A stretch of DNA of 53,190 nucleotides from Armatimonadota bacterium (lineage in GTDB: Bacteria; Armatimonadota; UBA10988), in NCBI GenBank assembly GCA_016235455.1, contig JACRKZ010000126.1, positions 1-53,190 of the forward strand, read 5' to 3'. The first letter of the stretch is position 1. The number at the start of each line of letters is the position of its first letter. The translations under genes were made by a program, and so were the position numbers. The notes beneath the pieces were generated by a model. That model was not told the DNA's origin, searched no databases, and worked only from the letters and a program-made list of their open reading frames with translations. This document shows positions 46,234 to 53,190 of this stretch, piece by piece.

Positions 46234-48174
46234 CTACCCGAGGAAGTGGTAGACGGGCAGATCCCAGAAGATGCCCACCAGGTTGAACAGCCCGCCGACC
46301 ACGAAGTCACCGAGGATCAGGCCCAGGAAGAAGGGCACGGCCTTGCGGTAGAGCTTCAGGCCGCCGTAGCGCACGATAGCTACCTTGCAGCACCAAGCGA
46401 TGAGCAGCGAGAGCCAGACCTGGTCCATGCTCCACGACGAACTGACCGCGAAGCCCACGGGATGCAGCGGGAAGCCCACCCAGCGCACGCGCACGAGGAA
46501 CAGCGACACGCAGCAGAAGAAGCCGACGATGATGGCGTAGAGGCTACCGGGCTCGGGTCGCACCGGGTTGTTCATGTAGCTGGCCAGCCGGCCCCAGGCC
46601 TCGTTGCCGAAATACTTGAGCAGCCCCCACGTCTTGGCGCTGTCGGCGCCGTAGCGGTAGTGCGGGTCGAGCACCGCGATGTAAGCCGAGATCAGCCCGA
46701 CGACAGCCGCAGCGGCCATGGCGCCGGTCATCTTGCGCTGGTCGATACCCAGGCGACCGCTGGCCACCAGGCTCTCCAGGTGGATGGGCATGGGGTGCGA
46801 GCGGTGCGCGCGGTTGAACCAGTGATAGAACGAGAAGCCAGTGAGCGTCCACGGCGTGAACACGCGCGGCCCCCACATGCGCGGCAGCATGGTCCCGGGG
46901 TAGGCGTCGTGCAGGTCGTGCGTGGGTGAGCCGAACTCGGCGCGCAGCCGGTCTACGGCGATGGAGATGGCGAAATAGCCGATGAACACGGCGAAGATGG
47001 CGCCCCACTCCATGCGCATCTGGCGGCTGAACCAGACCAGGAACGAGAAGCCGGCAATGAAGCCCCAGAAGGCCAACGCATAGGGCATGCCCTCGCGCCG
47101 CGACCTGGCGTATTCGGGGTCCTGGCCGAAGGCGCAGCGCACGACACGCCAGATATGCTTGCGCCCCGCATAGAGCGACAGCACCGCCAGCGCCACGTAG
47201 CCGCCGTAGGCTTGCTCGGGAATGAACGGCGCGCTCGGGCTGCCCGTGGTCAGCCCGAAATACGAGCCCAGCACTCTTTGCAGCTTCCAGTACCAACAGA
47301 AAATCCAACTCGAGCCGAGCACATCCAGCGGCAGCAGATAGCCGATGCCGATGGCAAACGGGAAGACAAACAGCGGCGTGCCGCCCACCGGGCGCCAGTG
47401 AGTGCTGTTGACATACGTGCTGAGGTACTTGGTGCGTGTGCCGACCTCGGGGATGCCTGGGTACCACTGGTGCAGGTTGTTGACCACATTGATGGTCAGC
47501 GGGATGCAGAAGGCGATCCACATGTAGCGGCTGCGGAAGAAGCTCAGGTCGGGCTGCACCATCTCCAGTGGCAGCGCCACCAGCGGGAAGGTCAGTCGTT
47601 CGTTCTCCACCCACTGCCGCCGCAAGACGGTGTTGATGCAGTAGAACATGAACAGGATGACCATGGTGAAGGCGAACCAGCAGCCGAGCGGTGCCACCCA
47701 GGCGCGCCAGTGCTCAAAGAACGAGCTGTGCCCAACGAAGAAGGCCTTGAGGGCAGCGGGGTCACGTGGCACGAAGTACCGTGGCAGGTACTCGCCGAAG
47801 GTCTCGGCCCAACGGTTCTCCGGTGTCGCCTTGTAGATGGGCCAACAGAGCACGCCCATCAGCACCTGGGCTTGGTCATGCCCGGCTAACGCGCTGGCGA
47901 ACGACACCATGAAGTAGATCACGATGAAGTCGGCGCGTGTGAGCAGTGGTTTCCAGACCTTGGCCAGCACGTAGTTGCCCGCCACCAGCAGGCTCAGCAC
48001 GATGACCACGTTGAAGAACAACGAGTAGGTGGTCGGGTGGCCGGTGTACTTGATGGCCTCCATCATCACCACCCAGTACGCGTTCACCGGGATGAACGCC
48101 AGGGCGATGATCACCGCGCGCGCTCTCACACGCGATTCGATGCTGGTCTGCTGGGTGTCCGACGCCTCCACCAT
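46234..48174 (-). CDS. DUF6785/DUF6784-like polytopic membrane protein (putative transporter)
   Basis: About 15 TM helices; LRRQWVENERLTFPLVALP, RLRAEFG, FPLHPVG and YGGLKLYRKAVPFFLGLILGD motifs. Confidence 0.75.
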   Translation of the reverse strand: MVEASDTQQTSIESRVRARAVIIALAFIPVNAYWVVMMEAIKYTGHPTTYSLFFNVVIVLSLLVAGNYVLAKVWKPLLTRADFIVIYFMVSFASALAGHDQAQVLMGVLCWPIYKATPENRWAETFGEYLPRYFVPRDPAALKAFFVGHSSFFEHWRAWVAPLGCWFAFTMVILFMFYCINTVLRRQWVENERLTFPLVALPLEMVQPDLSFFRSRYMWIAFCIPLTINVVNNLHQWYPGIPEVGTRTKYLSTYVNSTHWRPVGGTPLFVFPFAIGIGYLLPLDVLGSSWIFCWYWKLQRVLGSYFGLTTGSPSAPFIPEQAYGGYVALAVLSLYAGRKHIWRVVRCAFGQDPEYARSRREGMPYALAFWGFIAGFSFLVWFSRQMRMEWGAIFAVFIGYFAISIAVDRLRAEFGSPTHDLHDAYPGTMLPRMWGPRVFTPWTLTGFSFYHWFNRAHRSHPMPIHLESLVASGRLGIDQRKMTGAMAAAAVVGLISAYIAVLDPHYRYGADSAKTWGLLKYFGNEAWGRLASYMNNPVRPEPGSLYAIIVGFFCCVSLFLVRVRWVGFPLHPVGFAVSSSWSMDQVWLSLLIAWCCKVAIVRYGGLKLYRKAVPFFLGLILGDFVVGGLFNLVGIFWDLPVYHFLG

Positions 48175-48251
48175 GCTCTCCCACCGCGCCTCGCCAACGA
48201 CGGTTGGCGGGCGCTAGGATAGCACAGGCGAGCGCCGATGGCACGCGCCGA

Positions 48252-48806
48252 TCAGACTTCGAACAGCAGGTCGTCCAGCGCGGCCTCGTCGAGCAGACTG
48301 CCGCGCAGCAGCGCCACCATCGCCTCGTTCTGGTCGACGCTGTTGAGCGTAGCCACGACTTCCACCAATTGCGCGATGGCGCCGGAGACTTCGTCGACAC
48401 ATGCCGACTGCTGGACACCGGTGCTGGCGATCTCACTGGCCAGTTCAGACAGCTCCATGGAGCGCTTGAGCATCGCCGCCACGCGCTGGCTGCGTGATCC
48501 CACGGCCTTCTTGACCCGGCCGGTGGCCGTGCCTTTGGCGGTGGCGGGCGCCTCCACGGCGCGCATGGCGTCAACCGCGGTAGCGATGGCGCGGTCGTGG
48601 ATCTGCCGGCTGAGCGTTTCGATGCGGGCCAAAAGCCGCTCGACCTCGCGCGCGCTCACCCGCAGCTGCGCCACGGATTCGTTGAGGCGCTCCATGGCGT
48701 TGCCACCGACCTTAGCGGCCTCCTCGGCCTCCACGGCGATCCGGCTGGCGGTGAACAGATCGTCGGCCACGTCCTGCGGTCGTGCCTTGGTACCCTTCTG
48801 CGACAT
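48252..48806 (-). CDS. Small soluble methyl-accepting-chemotaxis-like coiled-coil protein (degenerate)
   Basis: SD GGGAGG. Heptad pattern with IETLSRQ...AVDAMRA and EIASTGVQQSACVDEVSGAIAQL resembles an MCP signalling domain. Confidence 0.55.
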   Translation of the reverse strand: MSQKGTKARPQDVADDLFTASRIAVEAEEAAKVGGNAMERLNESVAQLRVSAREVERLLARIETLSRQIHDRAIATAVDAMRAVEAPATAKGTATGRVKKAVGSRSQRVAAMLKRSMELSELASEIASTGVQQSACVDEVSGAIAQLVEVVATLNSVDQNEAMVALLRGSLLDEAALDDLLFEV

Positions 48807-48908
48807 TGGTCTCACCTCCCGCGATCCACGCGCGGCATCCTACATTGTATCGGCTGCCGAGACCGACCGGCATAGGCCAGCGGCAGTATTGGGTCATCAG
48901 CCGGCCCA

Positions 48909-50885
48909 CTAGCCGGGCGAGAAGTCGTAGATCGGCCGACCCAGGTAGAGACTCAACACGCTCCAGAACGCGCCGACCACATACTCGCCCAGCAGCAGAC
49001 CATAGCACACCGGCAAGCACTTGCGGTAGAGCTTGTAGCCGCCGTACTTGAGCACCAGCGACTTCACCGCCCAAGCGATGACCATGCACATCCAGAAGTA
49101 ATCGACGCCGAACGTCATGCTCAACGCATAGCCGGCGGGATGGAAGGGGAACCGTAGCGACACCACACGCATGAGCATGAGGAACACTGTGAAGCCCATC
49201 GCCGCCACAAAGGCGACCACGCGCGGCACGTTCATCGCGTGGTCGCGCGGGGCCAGCCCTTCGATCCAGGCCGCGGTCTGGCCCACCTGCCCCCAGTTGT
49301 GCATCGTCATGCCATTGAAGCTCGAGGTGTTGGTATAGGAGAGCTGGATGCCGATGACATAGACCACGATGCCGCCGACATACACGCCGAGCAGCATGAT
49401 CCAGCCCAGGCCGCGGCTGGAGATGCCCGCTCGCTCGGCCATCTTGAAGCCTTCCATCATGGGCGGCATGATCTGCGTGCGGTAGCCCCGGCCGGTGAAC
49501 CAGTAGAAGAGCGGATGCATGATCAAGTTGCGCGCGCCGATGGCATCGACCCCGCGCAGGCTGACCAGCAGGTACATCGAGTTCACGCCCAGCAACTCAT
49601 GCGCCGGCGGCCCAAGTTCGGCGCGCATGCGGGTGATGGCCAGGGCAATGACCAGATAGACGCCGAAGAACGCCGGAATGAAGCCCGGTGTCATGCCTGC
49701 CTTGCGGCAGAAGTAGTAGATGAAGGCTGACCCGGCCACCATGCCCAGCGCCGCAAGGCGATAGGAGAACGGTTCGTTGCTGTCGTCCAAGCCACCTGGC
49801 CGACCCAGAATCGTGGCCAGCACGGCCTTGAGATGATGCCGCGCCAGCCATAGGGTGTAGAGGCACAGCACGAACAACGCGCCACCCGTCTGCTCGGTGA
49901 CGTAGGGCAGTTCCGGCATGTTGGGCAGGTTGGCCGCGGCGGATGCGACGCGCTCGGCCTTCTGGAACAGGTAGAAGAACCAGATGGAGAAGGACAGATC
50001 GAGCGGCAGGAAGAAGCCGAGCGCGATGATGAACGGGTACAGCGGCACCGGCATCCAGCCGACACGGTTCCAAGGGAAGGTTGTGAACAGCTTGCCCCAG
50101 TCGTAGTGGTCATGCCGCAGTCGGAGCAGCGGTACCGCGGGCACGAAGCCGTGCAGGCCGTTGAGCAGGTCGATGGACGCCGCGATGGCGAACCCTATCC
50201 AGAACAACCGGTTGCCGAAGAAGGCCTTGTCGCCGCCATTCGCGGTCATGGCCAGGGGCAGCTGGATCAGCGGGAAGCTGAGCTTCTCGTGCTCCGTCCA
50301 CTGCCGCCGCAGGAAGACGTTGACGCTGATGAGCAGCAGGCCGAACGCGGCGATGAACTGAGTCCACCAGAAGACAGGCGTCACCCAGGCCTTCCAGTGG
50401 TCCTTCAGCAGCAGGCTGGAGTGCCCCTCGAAGAACGGCTTGTAGACGCTCTCGCGGCTGACCACCAGGTGCTGAGGCAGGAAGGGCTGCAGCAGCGAGG
50501 CCCACTTGTTGCTGTCATTGGCACCGTAGTATGGCAGCGCCAGCGAGGGCAACTGGAGCTGCATCGAGTCATGCCCGGCCAGGGCCGTCGGCATGTACAG
50601 CAGGATGTAGATGACGATCAGCTCGCCCTGGGTCAAGGCCAGCCGCGGCGCGACGCGCTTGACGCCCATGTTGAGAACGATCACCACCAGCACGGTGAAG
50701 ATGACGTTCCAGAACAGGCTGAGCGCCGAGGGGTGGCCACTGTGCCAGATGCCCTCGACTTGCATGGTCCAGTAAATGTTCGGCGGGATGAGCAGGAGCC
50801 CTAGGATCACCGACCGCCAGGTGATAGCGCCGCGACGTGGCGACACGCCACTGTCGACGTTTCCGTTGTCTGCCTCAGTTGCCAT
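48909..50885 (-). CDS. DUF6785/DUF6784-like polytopic membrane protein (putative transporter)
   Basis: Paralog of 46234-48174: LAGHD, LRRQWTEHEKLSFPLIQLP, RMRAELG, FPFHPAGY and YGGYKLYRK motifs. Confidence 0.75.
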   Translation of the reverse strand: MATEADNGNVDSGVSPRRGAITWRSVILGLLLIPPNIYWTMQVEGIWHSGHPSALSLFWNVIFTVLVVIVLNMGVKRVAPRLALTQGELIVIYILLYMPTALAGHDSMQLQLPSLALPYYGANDSNKWASLLQPFLPQHLVVSRESVYKPFFEGHSSLLLKDHWKAWVTPVFWWTQFIAAFGLLLISVNVFLRRQWTEHEKLSFPLIQLPLAMTANGGDKAFFGNRLFWIGFAIAASIDLLNGLHGFVPAVPLLRLRHDHYDWGKLFTTFPWNRVGWMPVPLYPFIIALGFFLPLDLSFSIWFFYLFQKAERVASAAANLPNMPELPYVTEQTGGALFVLCLYTLWLARHHLKAVLATILGRPGGLDDSNEPFSYRLAALGMVAGSAFIYYFCRKAGMTPGFIPAFFGVYLVIALAITRMRAELGPPAHELLGVNSMYLLVSLRGVDAIGARNLIMHPLFYWFTGRGYRTQIMPPMMEGFKMAERAGISSRGLGWIMLLGVYVGGIVVYVIGIQLSYTNTSSFNGMTMHNWGQVGQTAAWIEGLAPRDHAMNVPRVVAFVAAMGFTVFLMLMRVVSLRFPFHPAGYALSMTFGVDYFWMCMVIAWAVKSLVLKYGGYKLYRKCLPVCYGLLLGEYVVGAFWSVLSLYLGRPIYDFSPG

Positions 50886-52200
50886 CCATGTTACCCGTGG
50901 CCAAACGGAAGGCGGCCACGGCTCGATGCGCGGCCACCAGGGCCAGCACACGGTCCAGGGCAGCCTTGCGCTGCTCCACCAGAGCCTGCTGAACGTCAAT
51001 CAGGGTGGCGCGTTGACGGTCATACTGCAACGCTTTGACCCGGTAGGCCTCCTGGGCGGCTGCCAGCCGCTCGGTGGACAGGGCATAGCGGGCCCGCGCG
51101 GCGCGGTCGTCCAGCCAGGCGCGCCGTACTTCCAGTTCGATGCCCGCGCGCAGTTCGTCCAGCCCGACCTGCGCGAGTAGCGCGCCGCCACGCGCCTCCT
51201 GCTCGGCGCGCTGGGCGGCGTTGTCGGTCGACGAAAGTGGCCAGCGCGCCACGACCCCAACGCGAGCGTCCCAGGCCGGGTCGAACGCCGCGGCGGTACC
51301 GCCGCCCAGCGTCGCCGTGGCCGACAACGTGGGCCCGCGCTGCGCGCGCGCCAACTCAGCGCCGGCCCGGGCCTCGACGATGCGGGCCGCCAGAGCCACG
51401 ACCTCCGGCCGATGGTCGCGCGCCCAGCTCACCGCTGCGGCGATGTCGCCCAGCTCGGCCGGCAGTTGGTCGGTGCCGCTGACGACGATCGGCGCGGCCA
51501 GTGATGGGCGGCCGAGCAGGCGGTTCAAGTTGCCCTGCGCCAGGGCGACGCCGTTCTCGGCCTCGACCACGGCGCCCCGTGCCTCGAGCACACCGGCGCG
51601 CGCCTGCAGTCGGTCCACCTCGGCCACGCGTTCCACGGTCAGCAGGTCCTCGACCCGCTTGGCCTGCGCCTCGGCCAGCCGCAGCGCTTCGCCGGCCAGC
51701 ACCGAGCCGGCCTGGGCCGCGGCCAGGTCGAGCCAGGCCAGCCGCACGTCGTAGTCCAGTCGCGCCAGGGCTGCGCCGTACTCGGCCCGAGCGGCGGTGG
51801 CACTCGCCTCACAGCGACGTTGCAGCGCATCGCCGCCCGAGGCCAGGAGGATCTGCTCCACGCTGATCTGAGCGCGCGCGCTGACATCGCGTCGCACCAC
51901 GGCGCGCGGAGCGGCTGGATCGCGCACCACTGGGCCGAGCTCGGCGTTGGCGGTGGCCTTGACGTCGGGTCGGACCCGCGGCCGCAGCAGGTCGGCCTGC
52001 CCCAGGGCGTTGTCGCGGACGAGCCGCGCGTGGCGCGCCGTCAGGCTGCTCACCAGCGCCTCGGCGACTGCCTGGTCGAGCGTCAGGGGTGCCGGCGCGG
52101 TCGTAGACGTAGGGTTGACCACCGTCTCACGCGGCGCGGCGGGCGGGGTCGGCCCCAGGGGCTCCGCGGCCAACATCACCGCCAGCATCCAGACCGTCAT
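50875..52200 (-). CDS. TolC family outer-membrane efflux protein
   Basis: Signal peptide; LTLDQAVAEAL, LNRLLG, RPEV, A-x-A-x-R-G-P-T-L and EVRRAW...Y motifs with a two-repeat OEP layout. Confidence 0.85.
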   Translation of the reverse strand: MTVWMLAVMLAAEPLGPTPPAAPRETVVNPTSTTAPAPLTLDQAVAEALVSSLTARHARLVRDNALGQADLLRPRVRPDVKATANAELGPVVRDPAAPRAVVRRDVSARAQISVEQILLASGGDALQRRCEASATAARAEYGAALARLDYDVRLAWLDLAAAQAGSVLAGEALRLAEAQAKRVEDLLTVERVAEVDRLQARAGVLEARGAVVEAENGVALAQGNLNRLLGRPSLAAPIVVSGTDQLPAELGDIAAAVSWARDHRPEVVALAARIVEARAGAELARAQRGPTLSATATLGGGTAAAFDPAWDARVGVVARWPLSSTDNAAQRAEQEARGGALLAQVGLDELRAGIELEVRRAWLDDRAARARYALSTERLAAAQEAYRVKALQYDRQRATLIDVQQALVEQRKAALDRVLALVAAHRAVAAFRLATGNMDGN

Positions 52201-52901
52201 GCCAGATCCTCCAGTAGCAGCGCCACTGCCTCGGCCAGCGCGTTGCCCGCGCGCACCGAGCGCACGCCAAGTCCGATGAGCGGGGACCAACTGCGCGGTG
52301 AGACCAACGCCGCGAGCACGATACGCAGGGTCTGCACCCGGCCCAGATCAGGCCGAACATGGCGCCGCACCAGGTCGGGCAGCGTGTCGCGCGCGCTGTC
52401 GCTCACCGCGCGCAGCCCGAGCCAAGGCACGCCCAACTCCGCGGCGACGGCAGCCACGGCCCAGGTTTCCATGTCCACCAGGTCAGCGCCGGTCCGGTCA
52501 CGCAGCTCGGCCTTTTCGGCCACGGTGCCAGCCGCCTGCGCCACGCTGATCAGTACGGCGCTGGGCAGACGGCACGGTTGCGACGGCAGCCTGGCGTCGC
52601 CATCGGGTCCCAGCACACGAGCCACCGCCCGTGCCTCACCGGCGGCCAGCGCCGGGTCGAGCCCGCCGGCGAAGCCGAGACTGATCAACAGGTCGCAGCC
52701 CTCAGCCACCAGCGCCCGCGCCGCGCTGGCCGCGGCCTGGGCGCCGACGCCGGCGAGAATCGCGGTCACGCTGCTGCCGTGCACCTGGCCGCGCGCCTGG
52801 GCGGCATGGCCGACGACCAGGCGCAGTCGCAGCCGGCGCTTGACCGGTCTCAGCTCCTCGGGCAGACTGGCGATGAGACCGACCCGCTGTGGCACGCGCA
52901 A
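52197..52901 (-). CDS. Nucleoside phosphorylase family protein (MTA/SAH nucleosidase- or HpnG-like)
   Basis: IASLPEE, GVG, SLGFAGGL, LVDMETWAVA and LRAVSD motifs. Confidence 0.8.
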   Translation of the reverse strand: MRVPQRVGLIASLPEELRPVKRRLRLRLVVGHAAQARGQVHGSSVTAILAGVGAQAAASAARALVAEGCDLLISLGFAGGLDPALAAGEARAVARVLGPDGDARLPSQPCRLPSAVLISVAQAAGTVAEKAELRDRTGADLVDMETWAVAAVAAELGVPWLGLRAVSDSARDTLPDLVRRHVRPDLGRVQTLRIVLAALVSPRSWSPLIGLGVRSVRAGNALAEAVALLLEDLA

Positions 52902-52916
52902 CTCCGTGAGCCAGCC

Positions 52917-52929
52917 ATTGTACTATACT
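52917..52929. promoter_or_regulatory. Back-to-back -10 elements (bidirectional promoter)
   Basis: TACAAT on the minus strand (52917-52922) and TATACT on the plus strand (52924-52929) in a 52-bp divergent gap. Confidence 0.45.
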
Positions 52930-52953
52930 GGCCGTCTGGGAGCCGCGCTCGCC

Positions 52954-53190
52954 ATGACTCGCGAGGAGACACTCGACCTGCTGACCCGCCTCTGCCAGGC
53001 ACACTCGCCCGGCGGCTACGACGCGGAGATCGACCCGCTGGTGACCGACTTGTTCGGCCAGTATGGCGGCGCATGCCAGCGCGACCCGGCTGGCAACCTG
53101 TTCGTTCTGCGGCCCGGCCGGCAACCCGACCGGCGGGTCATCGTCACGGCTCACAAGGATGAGCTGGGGGTCATCGTCAAGCGCGTCGAC
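52954..53190 (+). CDS. M42 family metallopeptidase (3' truncated)
   Basis: My translation: MTREETLDLLTRLCQAHSPGGYDAEI...RDPAGNL...VIVTAHKDELGVIVKRVD. Not in the ORF track because it lacks a stop in the window. Confidence 0.85.
   Translation, partial: MTREETLDLLTRLCQAHSPGGYDAEIDPLVTDLFGQYGGACQRDPAGNLFVLRPGRQPDRRVIVTAHKDELGVIVKRVD

Overview
High-GC bacterial chromosomal segment with about 42 densely packed CDSs, mostly on the minus strand. I saw no rRNA, tRNA, CRISPR array or transposase. The gene mix (two DUF6785-like membrane proteins, TolC, HEAT/TPR lipoproteins) suggests a diderm lineage such as Armatimonadota; this is inference. Housekeeping genes include cdsA, rdgB, queA, gcvT, sbcC, birA, a gmhA-like gene, gltX and argG. 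The standout locus (39.8-46.2 kb) is a four-gene electron-transfer operon: an 11-heme DmsE/MtrA-like hybrid, a membrane-anchored 7-heme cytochrome c, a cytochrome b with a 1-nt frameshift, and an 18-heme cytochrome built from tandem diheme modules. Together these give about 36 heme-c motifs, with no porin or catalytic subunit nearby. The operon is divergent from two radical-SAM heme-biosynthesis-type genes (AhbC-like and AhbD/TIGR04053-like). Other notable signals are a candidate XerCD dif site (20637-20664), a perfect 24-bp REP-like inverted repeat, a phosphorylase-TolC-DUF6785 cluster with a degenerate MCP-like gene, a TPR/zinc-ribbon/CFI-box-CTERM protein and a multi-winged-helix-like unknown protein.
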